The translations under genes and the position numbers were made by a program. A DNA stretch of 39,693 nt, taken from positions 1-39,693 of the forward strand of contig JBFHXN010000001.1 of NCBI GenBank assembly GCA_041598955.1. Direction: 5' to 3'. The stretch's first letter is position 1. Each line of letters begins with the position of its first letter. This document shows positions 30,771-39,071 of the stretch, piece after piece. The notes beneath the pieces were generated by a model. The model had not been told where the DNA came from, ran no database searches, and saw only the letters and a program-made list of their open reading frames with translations. The stretch is from Desulfuromonadales bacterium (GTDB lineage Bacteria > Desulfobacterota > Desulfuromonadia > Desulfuromonadales > JBFHXN01).

Positions 30771-31928
30771 TCAGCCGAAATTCTTCAGAATCTCCCGCGC
30801 GATAATCACCCGCTGGATTTCGTTGGTCCCTTCGTAGATGGAGGTGATGCGGGCATCACGGGCGTAGCGCTCGACGGGAAAATCCTGGGTGTAGCCGTAA
30901 CCGCCGAGCATCTGCAGCGCCTTGTAGCAGGCCTGGTTGGCCGCCTCGGTGGCGAACATCTTGGCCATCGACGCCTCCTTGGCGAAGGGCTTCCCCCGCT
31001 CCTTTCGGAAGGCGGCATTCATCAGCAGCAGCCGCGCCGCCTCGAGAGCGGTATAGGCATCGGCGACCATCCACTGGATCGCCTGGAAGTTGCTGATCTT
31101 CTGCCCGAACTGAGCCCGTTCGCAGGAGTAGCGGCTGGCGTAGTCCATGGCTGCCAGGCCGACGCCGAGGCCGAGGGACCCGATGCCGATCCGGCCGCCT
31201 GCCAATTCGCCGACCGCCGTTCGGAAGCCGTCGTTCTGCTTTCCCATCAGGGCGCTCTTGGGGACGCGGCAGTCGGCGAAGATGACTTCGTTGGTCGCCG
31301 AGGCGTGCTGCCCCATCTTCTTCTCCTCCTTGCCGATGATCAGCCCCGGGGTGCCGGCTTCGACGAGAAAGCAGCTGATCCCCTTCCCCTTCGGCGCGCT
31401 CCTGTCGGTCACCGCCCAGACGACGAAGACCCCGGCGTAAGGGGCGCTGGTGATAAAGAGTTTGCTGCCGTTGAGGATATAGCTGTCGCCGTCGTCGACG
31501 GCCTGGGTCGTCATCCCCGAGGGGTCGGACCCGGCACCGGTCTCGGTCAGGGCAAAAGCCCCCGCGGCGAATTCGCCGGAGCAGATCTTCGGGATGTAGG
31601 CGAGGCGCTGTTCCTCGCTCCCGATGGCCTGGATCACCTCGCAGACCATGTTGTTGACCGAGACCGTCACCGCCGTCGAGGCGCAGGCTTTGGATATCTC
31701 GGTCATGGCGACGGAAAAGGCGACCACCCCGGCTTCGGAGCCGCCGTAGAGGTCCTTGACGTTGAGCCCCATGAAGCCGAGCTCCGCCAGCTTTTTCAGG
31801 TTGGCCAGCAGGGCGCCGCGGTCGTTCCCCTGGTCGAGTTGGGCCGCCACCGGCTCGAGCTCGGCCCTGGCGAAGTCCCGGGCTGTCTCCTGGATCAGTT
31901 TCTGCTCTTCGGTCAGTTCGAGAAACAT
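30771..31928 (-). CDS. acyl-CoA dehydrogenase
   Basis: Full-length ACAD. C-terminal YEGTNEIQRVIIAREI, and a catalytic-base region typical of short/medium-chain ACADs. Confidence 0.95.
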   Translation of the reverse strand: MFLELTEEQKLIQETARDFARAELEPVAAQLDQGNDRGALLANLKKLAELGFMGLNVKDLYGGSEAGVVAFSVAMTEISKACASTAVTVSVNNMVCEVIQAIGSEEQRLAYIPKICSGEFAAGAFALTETGAGSDPSGMTTQAVDDGDSYILNGSKLFITSAPYAGVFVVWAVTDRSAPKGKGISCFLVEAGTPGLIIGKEEKKMGQHASATNEVIFADCRVPKSALMGKQNDGFRTAVGELAGGRIGIGSLGLGVGLAAMDYASRYSCERAQFGQKISNFQAIQWMVADAYTALEAARLLLMNAAFRKERGKPFAKEASMAKMFATEAANQACYKALQMLGGYGYTQDFPVERYARDARITSIYEGTNEIQRVIIAREILKNFG

Positions 31929-31976
31929 GGACTACCTCCGCATATCGGGTGAGGGGCGTGCTCGACGGGCCGCTGC

Positions 31977-32804
31977 CTACGGTTCCCGAAGGGCGACGAT
32001 CGGCACATCCTGCTGCTGCCCCCAGGCCTGCCAATCCTCCGCGGGACGGGTCGCAAAGACGCGGCGATAGTCGTCTGCGGTCCGGATCCCGAGCGCCGTT
32101 TCCAACCGTTTCTTGAAATGGGGTTCGAGGGCCGCCACGGCCACCCAGCCCTTCTGCGCCTCGTAAAGATTGTATTCGGGCACCCCGCCGCCGAGGTTGG
32201 CCCCGGGGAGGGTCGTCTCGTAGCGCAGCGGTTCGGCCATGGCCGATGCAGCCTCGGACAGGGCGACTTCGGCATAGCCGGGGCCTTCGCCCCGCTCCCG
32301 CGCCAGCAGCAGGGCCAGGGCGGCGGAGACTGCCATCTCGGCGCCGGCCATGTCGGCCAGCAGCGTGCGCGGCATGTGGGGCGGGGTCAGCAGCCCGAGA
32401 GTGGCCTGGTAGGTCAGATCGTGGCCGGCCTCGTTCTGCCGCGGCGCTGGGTAGCCGACGATGGCGACCTGGCTGAGCCGTGGGCAGTCCCGCTGCAGCC
32501 TTGTCCAGTCGAGTCCGAGCCTCGCCAGGGCCGCCGGGCGCGAGGCGGTGATCAGCAGGTCGGCCTTGACCAGGAGGCGGCCGAGGCGTTCCCGGTCATG
32601 ACTTGTCTTCAGATCGAGGCGCATGACCGTCTGGTCGGCCGCCAGATCCCGGTACCAGCCGGCATGGTAGCTCGCCATGGGATCTCCCGCCGGGGGTTCG
32701 ACCTTGACCACCGTCGCTCCCAGCGTCCGCAGGCGTCGAGCCGCTTCCGGGCCCGGGAGGTTGAGAGCCAGGTTGACCACGCGCATGCCCTCAAGGGTTG
32801 CCAT
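31977..32804 (-). CDS. family III CoA-transferase (CaiB/BaiF-like), unusually short (about 275 aa)
   Basis: MATLEGMRVVNLALNLPGPEAARRLRTLGATVVKVEPPAGDP is the family III N-terminal fold. GHDLTYQA contains the expected catalytic Asp context. The track ORF extension to 33449 overlaps the Fe-S protein gene in another frame and was rejected. Confidence 0.7.
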   Translation of the reverse strand: MATLEGMRVVNLALNLPGPEAARRLRTLGATVVKVEPPAGDPMASYHAGWYRDLAADQTVMRLDLKTSHDRERLGRLLVKADLLITASRPAALARLGLDWTRLQRDCPRLSQVAIVGYPAPRQNEAGHDLTYQATLGLLTPPHMPRTLLADMAGAEMAVSAALALLLARERGEGPGYAEVALSEAASAMAEPLRYETTLPGANLGGGVPEYNLYEAQKGWVAVAALEPHFKKRLETALGIRTADDYRRVFATRPAEDWQAWGQQQDVPIVALREP

Positions 32805-33531
32805 GTCGCTTCCTCCCTTTCCTCCCCCAGGGGCAGACCTTGATGCAGATGCCGCAAATCGGCTTTTCGATCTGCGGCAGGTTCTTGAATTCGTTGACCA
32901 GCAGCTCGGCGCATTTGCTGAAATCAAGCGCCTCCTCCCGGGAGGCGTAGTGGAATTCGACATTGACGTTTCGAATCGCCTGGGCCACGCAGGCTTCCGT
33001 GCAGGCCCGGCAGTTTCCACAGCGGTTTTTAAGGGGGCTATCGGCATCCAGCGGCAGGTCGGTGAGAACCGTCGCCAGCCGCACCCGGGGGCCGAACTCG
33101 GGGGTGACGATGAGGAGGCTTTTCCCCTGCCAGCCGAGACCGGCGGCATTGGCGACCGCCTTGGCCGAGAGGTGGGAGGTGAAATGGACCATGTCGAGGG
33201 GGAGGGAGGCCGGTATCGGCAGGGCGTTGCCCCCCTGATCCTCGATCCAGTCGCTGAGCTTGAAGGCAATGGTGTCGAGCAGGGCGTTGGCCTGCTGGTA
33301 GACCTGCGAATAGAGCGGAGTCGGGCGGTCCTCGAGCTGCTCGAAGACGGCGCTGGGGAGCTTGACGGCAAAGGAAACGGCGCGGGTGTAAGGGGCGAGC
33401 AGATCGGCCGGGGTCGTCTCGATCCCCGCCAGCAGCTCCAGATCGGCAACCCCGACCAGATTGGCGCCCAGGGCCCGTGCCCGCCGCTTGAGACGTTCTG
33501 TCAGTGACCTCTGCGCTCCCGACATCCCCAC
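32791..33531 (-). CDS. QueG/reductive-dehalogenase-superfamily-like protein with two 4Fe-4S motifs (short form)
   Basis: AGLGWQGKSLLIVTPEFGPRVRLATVLTDLPLDAD followed by CGNCRACTEAC and CGICIKVCPWG matches the epoxyqueuosine reductase core and ferredoxin motifs. At 246 aa it lacks the QueG C-terminal extension. Confidence 0.8.
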   Translation of the reverse strand: MGMSGAQRSLTERLKRRARALGANLVGVADLELLAGIETTPADLLAPYTRAVSFAVKLPSAVFEQLEDRPTPLYSQVYQQANALLDTIAFKLSDWIEDQGGNALPIPASLPLDMVHFTSHLSAKAVANAAGLGWQGKSLLIVTPEFGPRVRLATVLTDLPLDADSPLKNRCGNCRACTEACVAQAIRNVNVEFHYASREEALDFSKCAELLVNEFKNLPQIEKPICGICIKVCPWGRKGRKRHGNP

Positions 33532-33548
33532 CTCCCGCTGCCCGCCGC

Positions 33549-34079
33549 CTACTTCTCGATGCCGACTCGGGCCTGCACCCCTTGGGCATAGTAGTGCTTG
33601 ACCTCGCGCATCTCCGTCACCAGGTCGGCGGCGGCCATGACCCTCTCGTCGGCGCCGCGCCCCGTCAGGACCAGCTCCACCGTCGCCGGCTTGGCCTCCA
33701 TGAGCCCCAGGATGGACTCGACCTCGATCAGACCGAACCAGGCGGCGCCGTTGATCTCATCGAGGATCACCAGATCGTACTCCCCGCCGAGGAGGGTCTG
33801 CCGTGCCAGCTCCAGGGTCTCGCCGGCGATGCGGACATCCTCGGGATCGAGTCGGTCGCGGTGAATCCAGCCGTCGCGCCCGGTCTGGTGGATGATGAGC
33901 CGGGGAAGGTAGCGGGCCGCGGCGAGATGCTCGCCGTAGGCGCCCCCCCCCTTGATGAACTGGATCATGCAGACCTTCAGCCCCCGGCCCACGGCCCGCA
34001 GCGCCAGCCCCAGGGCGGCGGTGGTCTTCCCCTTGCCGTTTCCGGTGTAGACCTGGATCAGGCCGCGCTCCAGGCTCAT
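33549..34079 (-). CDS. cobO: ATP:cob(I)alamin/cob(I)yrinic acid a,c-diamide adenosyltransferase (CobA/CobO/BtuR type)
   Basis: IQVYTGNGKGKTTAALGLALRAVGRGLKVCMIQFIKG is the P-loop signature of the family. 176 aa. The ATG overlaps the etfA stop as ATGA. Confidence 0.9.
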   Translation of the reverse strand: MSLERGLIQVYTGNGKGKTTAALGLALRAVGRGLKVCMIQFIKGGGAYGEHLAAARYLPRLIIHQTGRDGWIHRDRLDPEDVRIAGETLELARQTLLGGEYDLVILDEINGAAWFGLIEVESILGLMEAKPATVELVLTGRGADERVMAAADLVTEMREVKHYYAQGVQARVGIEK

Positions 34080-34990
34080 TTCGCCAGCCTTGCGGTGAGG
34101 GCCGGCACGAACTGCAGCACGTCGGCGACGACCAGCACGTCGGCGACCTCACCGATCGGGGCGTCCTTGTCCTTGTTGATGGCGACGACGAATTCCGATT
34201 TCTTCATCCCCGCCAGATGCTGGATGGCTCCGCTGATGCCGCAGGCCACGTAGAGCTTGGGGGCGACGCTCTGGCCCGTCGTGCCGACCTGGTGACCGTG
34301 ATCCACCCAGCCGGCGTCGACCACCGGCCGGCTCGCCCCGAGTTCGCCGCCGAGGGCCTTGGCCAGAGCCTCGATGAGGGGCACGTTCTCCTTTTTGCCG
34401 ATGCCCCGCCCGGCGCTGACGATGACCTCGGCCCGGGTCAGATCGACCCCCTTGGCCTCGGCCGGCTCGTAGCCGACGAATTCGATTGCAGACGCCCCAC
34501 CCTCGACCTCCAGGGGCTCGATCTGCGGCGTCCCTCCCGGCGGCTGGGCCGTGAAGGCTCCGGCCTGGATCGTCAGGACGGTGCGCTGCGTCGCCGGCTT
34601 CACCGCGCGCCGCATCTTGGCGTTGCAGCAGCCGACCTCGTAGCCCCCCTCTGCCAGTCCGAGCACCTCGGAGACCTGTCCCGCCTGCAGCGCCGCCGCC
34701 ACCCTGGGGGCCAGATCCCAGCCGTAGGAGGAGTGGACGAAGACGATGATGTCGGGCTGCGCCTTGGCAACCGCCTCCAGAATGAGCCGCTTGTGCTGGT
34801 CGGGGTTGTATTCGCCGTACCTCGAGACGTCGGCCAGGTAGAGGGTTCCCCCGAAAGCCGGCAGCTGCGTGCTGCTGCCGACCAGAAAAAGGGACGCCTC
34901 GGCGCCGGAGCGGGCCGCAAAGCCGAAGAGTTCATAGGTGCTCTCGAGGAGTTTGCCCTCCCGATATTCGCCGATCAGCAATGCTTTCAT
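34076..34990 (-). CDS. etfA: electron transfer flavoprotein alpha subunit
   Basis: PKLYVACGISGAIQHLAGM FAD-binding signature. 304 aa. Located downstream of etfB. Confidence 0.95.
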   Translation of the reverse strand: MKALLIGEYREGKLLESTYELFGFAARSGAEASLFLVGSSTQLPAFGGTLYLADVSRYGEYNPDQHKRLILEAVAKAQPDIIVFVHSSYGWDLAPRVAAALQAGQVSEVLGLAEGGYEVGCCNAKMRRAVKPATQRTVLTIQAGAFTAQPPGGTPQIEPLEVEGGASAIEFVGYEPAEAKGVDLTRAEVIVSAGRGIGKKENVPLIEALAKALGGELGASRPVVDAGWVDHGHQVGTTGQSVAPKLYVACGISGAIQHLAGMKKSEFVVAINKDKDAPIGEVADVLVVADVLQFVPALTARLAK

Positions 34991-34999
34991 CGTCGCCTC

Positions 35000-35776
35000 C
35001 TAGCGCAGAACCGCGGTTTTTTCCTTGAGAATGCCGACCAGTTGCTCCACCTGGGCTCCGACCTCCCCCTCCAGGACCAGGCCACCCCCCTTTTTGACCG
35101 GCGGGTAGAAGCGCAGGGTCGCGGCGCGGGGTCCTTCGCCGGAGAGGCTGGCGACCGGCAGGGCCTCGATCTCCTTCTTCTTGGCTTTCATGATGTTGGG
35201 GAGGGTCGGATAGCGCGGCACGTTGAGCCCGAGCTGGCAGGTGACAAGGGCCGGGGTGCGCAGTTTTGCCACCCCCTTGATCCCCCCTTCGAGTTCGCGC
35301 TTGGCCGTGATCACGCCGTCGGCATAGGAGAAGCCGACCAGGGTGGTGACGCAGGCGATGCCGAGGCGCTCGGCCAGGGTCACCCCGACCTGTGCGCTTC
35401 CGCGGTCCTGCGACTGCATGCCGGTGAAGATCAGGTCGAACCCCTTCCCCTCGGCGTAGGCGGCGATAAGGGCGGCGATCTGCCAGGGGTCCTTCTGAGC
35501 CGCCGCAGGATCCTGCAGATGCACGGCGCGGTCGCACCCCATCGCCAGGGCCTTCTTCAGCGCCTCGACCACCCGATCCGGACCTATGGAGAGGACCGTC
35601 ACCTCGGAGCCTTCGCCGAGCTGCTCCCTGAGGCGCACCGATTGCTCGACGGCGTACTCGTCGTATTCGTTCATGCGCCAGGCGAGGTCGGCTTCGTCGA
35701 ACCAGACCCCGGAGGCGTTCGGTTTGAAGCGGGACTCGAGATCGGGAACCTGTTTGATGCAGACGAGAATTTTCAT
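35000..35776 (-). CDS. etfB: electron transfer flavoprotein beta subunit
   Basis: MKILVCIKQVPD N-terminus. 258 aa. Confidence 0.95.
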   Translation of the reverse strand: MKILVCIKQVPDLESRFKPNASGVWFDEADLAWRMNEYDEYAVEQSVRLREQLGEGSEVTVLSIGPDRVVEALKKALAMGCDRAVHLQDPAAAQKDPWQIAALIAAYAEGKGFDLIFTGMQSQDRGSAQVGVTLAERLGIACVTTLVGFSYADGVITAKRELEGGIKGVAKLRTPALVTCQLGLNVPRYPTLPNIMKAKKKEIEALPVASLSGEGPRAATLRFYPPVKKGGGLVLEGEVGAQVEQLVGILKEKTAVLR

Positions 35777-35801
35777 AAAGACCTCCAGTCAAAAGCTTTC
35801 T

Positions 35802-35822
35802 CTGGGACTTATGGGACCTATG
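35802..35822. repeat. second copy of the GGGAC(C/T)-type 9-bp repeat (2-3 units), overlapping the stop codon of the Fe-S oxidoreductase gene
   Basis: The plus strand reads TGGGACTT ATGGGACCT ATG. ATGGGACCTAT is identical to 30709-30719, and GGGACTTAT is the reverse complement of ATAAGTCCC at 30718-30726. Confidence 0.5.
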
Positions 35823-37809
35823 CCCTGAGCCTGTCCGCCACCACCTCCGCCAGATCCCTGACCTGCAGGGTCCCCTCGCAGCCGCCGGTCTTGATTCCGT
35901 CTTCGAACATGGTCAGGCAGAAGGGGCAGTTGGAGACCAGCAGCGGCGCTCCGCTCGCCCGGGCCATCTCGACCCTCGCCACGCTGATGCGGCTGCCGAG
36001 CTTCTCTTCGGCGAGGATGCGCCCGCCGCCGGCGCCGCAGCAGAAGCTCTCGGCGCCGCTGCGCGCCATCTCGGAGATGCGGCCGCCGGCCGCCTCAAGC
36101 ACGCTGCGGGGCTCCCGGTAGAGGTCGAGGTAGCGGCCGAGGTAGCAGGAGTCGTGATAGGTGACGTCAAAGGGCTCGCCGCTCAGGGCCAGGCGATCGT
36201 CGGCGAGGAGCCCGGCGAGAAAGCTGGCGTAGTGTTGGACCGGCACGTCGAGGCCGAGGTCGCGGTAGTCGCGCCCGAGAGTGTTGCAGCAGTGGGGGCA
36301 GCTGGTGACGATCTGCTTGACGCCGTAGCCCTTGATCAGCTCGATGTTCTCCATCGCCAACATCTGGTAGAGGTACTCGTTGCCGAGCTTGCGCGCAGGC
36401 TCGCCGCAGCACTTCTCCTGCTTGCCGAGGATGCCGACCCGAAGGCCGGCGGCGGCGCAGATCCTGACGAAGTTGCGAGCCACCTCCTGGTTGCGCCGGT
36501 CGAAGGAGGCGTAGCAGCCGACGAAGTAGAGCAGATCGACCTCCGCGCCGCTCTCCATCACCGTGACCGGCAGCCCCTCGGCCCACTCGCCTCGCCCGGC
36601 GAAGGCGAGGCCGAAGGGATTGCCGTTGACCTCGAGGTTGCCGACGGCGGTGCGCACCTCGTCTCCGGGGAAGGCCCCCTCCATCAACGTCAGGTTGCGG
36701 CGCAGCTCGACGATCTTGTTGACGTGCTCGACCTGGGCCGGGCAGATCTCCTGGCATGCGCGGCAGGTGGTGCAGGCCCAGATGGCGTCCCGCCCGACCA
36801 CTTCGGCAAGCTCCTCCTGTGGCGCCTCGACGGCGCAGGCGCCGATTTGCTGCACCAGGCGCATGGGGGAAAGGGGCTTGTCGGTCGCGGAGGCCGGGCA
36901 GCGATCCTGGCAGCGCTGGCAGCTGGTGCAGGCGTCGCCGTCGAAGAGATCCTTCCAGGTCAGGTCCTTGACCCGGGCGGCGCCGAACTGCTCGGCGCTC
37001 TCGTCCTCCAGGTCGAGGGTGGCGATCCCCCCCTTGGGCCCGAGGTCGGCAAAGAGGTAATTGGCGCTGGTGGTGAGGATGTGGCGCAGCTTGGTGAAGG
37101 GGAGCGCGGCAATCAGGGCCAGGGCGAGGAGCAGATGGAGCCACCACAGCCCCTTGTGCAGAGCCGCCAACTGAGCCCCGGGCAGGTCGAGCAGCAGAAG
37201 TCCGACGGCCTTGCCCACCGGGGACCAGGCGGCCAGCGCCGGGTTTTGCGTCAGTTCCGTCGCCGCCATGCGCGCCCCTTCGATGGCGAAACCGGTCAGC
37301 AGGATGGCCAGGAGCAGGGCGTGCAGCAGATAGTCGTCGCGGACGCTTTCCAGTCCCTGCGGCCGCAGCACGAAGCGCCGCACCAGAAGGCCACCGAGCA
37401 TCACCAGGGCAACCAGCCCGGCGAGATCGAGGGCCAGGGAATAGATGCGGTAGAAATTCCCCTTCAGAAAAACCACGCCGAAGAGGGGCTGGGTGAGATC
37501 GGCCTGGAGCATGATCAGAAGGGTACCGACAAAGAGCAGGGCAAAGCCCCAGAAGAAGCAGGCGTGGAAGGTCCCGGCGATGGCGCGCCGGCGCACGCGG
37601 GCCTGCGTCAGCAGATTGCGCGCCAGCAGCCCCAGTCTCCTCGCGAGCTGATCGAGACGCTGCAGGGGGCGCCCCTGCCTGTAGACCGGCAGGCGCCGCC
37701 AGATCCCCCAGGCCAGCAGCGCCAGGGTCAGGGCGGTCAGCAGGCACATCGGCAGGATCACGCCGGTTCCGACGTTCCAGTAGATTTCGCGCGTAGCATC
37801 CATGGCCAA
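35818..37809 (-). CDS. membrane-anchored Fe-S oxidoreductase (N-terminal multi-TM domain + 2x[4Fe-4S] + two CCG domains; HdrD/GlpC-like, ETF-associated)
   Basis: About 6 hydrophobic helices in the first 260 aa. CTSCQRCQDRCP and CTTCRACQEICP ferredoxin motifs. CCG-type Cys motifs (CCGEPARK, SCPHCCNTL, FCCGAGGG, NCPFCLTMF). Confidence 0.9.
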   Translation of the reverse strand: MAMDATREIYWNVGTGVILPMCLLTALTLALLAWGIWRRLPVYRQGRPLQRLDQLARRLGLLARNLLTQARVRRRAIAGTFHACFFWGFALLFVGTLLIMLQADLTQPLFGVVFLKGNFYRIYSLALDLAGLVALVMLGGLLVRRFVLRPQGLESVRDDYLLHALLLAILLTGFAIEGARMAATELTQNPALAAWSPVGKAVGLLLLDLPGAQLAALHKGLWWLHLLLALALIAALPFTKLRHILTTSANYLFADLGPKGGIATLDLEDESAEQFGAARVKDLTWKDLFDGDACTSCQRCQDRCPASATDKPLSPMRLVQQIGACAVEAPQEELAEVVGRDAIWACTTCRACQEICPAQVEHVNKIVELRRNLTLMEGAFPGDEVRTAVGNLEVNGNPFGLAFAGRGEWAEGLPVTVMESGAEVDLLYFVGCYASFDRRNQEVARNFVRICAAAGLRVGILGKQEKCCGEPARKLGNEYLYQMLAMENIELIKGYGVKQIVTSCPHCCNTLGRDYRDLGLDVPVQHYASFLAGLLADDRLALSGEPFDVTYHDSCYLGRYLDLYREPRSVLEAAGGRISEMARSGAESFCCGAGGGRILAEEKLGSRISVARVEMARASGAPLLVSNCPFCLTMFEDGIKTGGCEGTLQVRDLAEVVADRLRA

Positions 37810-37888
37810 TCCGTTCGAATGAGCCCCTTTTGCTCAGGGGGCAGGGGGAGCACTTCCCCCGGCCTCCCGGCAAAAAAAGCAGAGAGCG

Positions 37889-39028
37889 TCAGGAAAGAAG
37901 GAGCTTCGAGATCACCACCCGCTGCACTTCGTTGGTCCCTTCGTAGATCTCGGTGATCTTGGCGTCACGGTACATGCGCTCGACCTCGTAGTCGCAGATG
38001 TAGCCGTAGCCACCGTGGATCTGGATCGCCTCCTTGGTGACGTAGGTGGCCGCCTCGGAGGCGAGCATCTTGCACATCGCCGACTCCATGGTGTAGTTCC
38101 TGTTCGCATCCTTGAGGCAGGCGGCCTTGTAGGTCATCAGCTTGCTGGTTTCGATGCGGGCGTACATGTCGGCAAGCTTGAACTGGATCGCCTGGAGGTC
38201 GCAGATCGGAGCGCCGAACTGCTTGCGTTCCTTGGAGTAGGCCAGCGCCAGCTCGAAGGCCCCCTCGGCGATGCCGAGGGCCTGGGAGGCGATGCCGATG
38301 CGGCCTCCGTTGAGGGTATCCATGGCGATCTTGAACCCCTGCCCTTCGGCGCCCAGAATGTTCTCCGCCGGGATGCGAACGTCATCGAGGGCGAAGGCCG
38401 TGGTGTAGCTGCCGCGGATGCCGAGCTTCTTCTCGTTCTTGAGGATCTCCACCCCCGGCGACTGCAGATCGATGATGAAGGCCGTGACCCCCTTGTGCTT
38501 GAGGCTCTTGTCGGAGGTGGCGAAGAGCACCCCGGTGCCGCGATAGCCGCCGTTGGTGATGAATATCTTGCTCCCATTGACCACGAAGTGGTCGCCGTCG
38601 CGCTTGTAGGTGGTGGCAATGGCCCCGGCATCGCTGCCGGCGTCCGGTTCCGTCAGCAGAAAGCAGCCGATGGAGGCCCCGGTGTTCAGGGCCGGCAGCC
38701 ATTTCTTCTTCTGCTCCTCGGTGCCGAAGGTGTAGATCGGGCCGCAGGCCAGGGAGGTGTGGGCCGAGATCAGCACGCCGCTCGAGCCGCAGGCCTTGGA
38801 CACCTCCTCGACGACAATGGCGTAGGAGAGCATGTCGAGACCGGCTCCGCCATACTCCTCGGGGAGGTAGCTGCCGAGGAATCCCATCTCCCCCATCTTG
38901 CGCACCAGGTCGTCGGGGATGGAGTGCTCCTCGTCGATCTGCACGGCGAGGGGCTTGACTTCCTTCTCGACGAAATCGCGCACGGCGTCGCGCAACACCT
39001 TGTGATCCTGGGACAGTTCGAAATCCAT
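37889..39028 (-). CDS. acyl-CoA dehydrogenase (butyryl/short-chain type)
   Basis: MDFELSQDHKVLRDAVRDFVEKEV N-terminus with RBS GAGGAGGAAG upstream. C-terminal YEGTNEVQRVVISKLL. The track extension to 39334 overlaps the crotonase gene and was rejected. Confidence 0.95.
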   Translation of the reverse strand: MDFELSQDHKVLRDAVRDFVEKEVKPLAVQIDEEHSIPDDLVRKMGEMGFLGSYLPEEYGGAGLDMLSYAIVVEEVSKACGSSGVLISAHTSLACGPIYTFGTEEQKKKWLPALNTGASIGCFLLTEPDAGSDAGAIATTYKRDGDHFVVNGSKIFITNGGYRGTGVLFATSDKSLKHKGVTAFIIDLQSPGVEILKNEKKLGIRGSYTTAFALDDVRIPAENILGAEGQGFKIAMDTLNGGRIGIASQALGIAEGAFELALAYSKERKQFGAPICDLQAIQFKLADMYARIETSKLMTYKAACLKDANRNYTMESAMCKMLASEAATYVTKEAIQIHGGYGYICDYEVERMYRDAKITEIYEGTNEVQRVVISKLLLS

Positions 39029-39071
39029 GACTTCCTCCTCGGACGGCAGGGCCCGCAGCCGCTGCTGACAA

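Noticed and set aside
30650-30775. Apparent 1-nt discrepancy between my hand translation near 30655-30665 and the ORF track (a possible frameshift in the CoA-transferase A gene, with start and stop positions shifted by 1).
   Set aside because: The ORF track gives an uninterrupted, family-typical 323-aa protein. The discrepancy is most likely my own counting or reading error, so no frameshift or pseudogene is claimed. As a consequence, small-motif coordinates in this area may be off by 1.
36167-37873. Alternative-frame minus-strand ORFs with Arg/Pro/Gly-rich products: 36167-37873, 30856-32034, 18974-19939, 29722-30495, 6104-6832, 38382-39071 and 34932-35792.
   Set aside because: Each overlaps a same-strand gene whose frame encodes well-known motifs (Fe-S/CCG, ACAD, MIO lyase, CoA-transferase, ETF). 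The alternative frames look like typical high-GC frame shadows.
37810-37888. Small hairpins (TGAGC-N7-GCTCA and GGGGGA-N5-TCCCCC) and an A/T run between the acyl-CoA dehydrogenase and Fe-S oxidoreductase genes, as a possible internal terminator.
   Set aside because: The stems are short. The T-run on the sense strand precedes the hairpins rather than following them. The flanking genes are functionally linked and co-oriented, so the evidence is insufficient for a terminator call.
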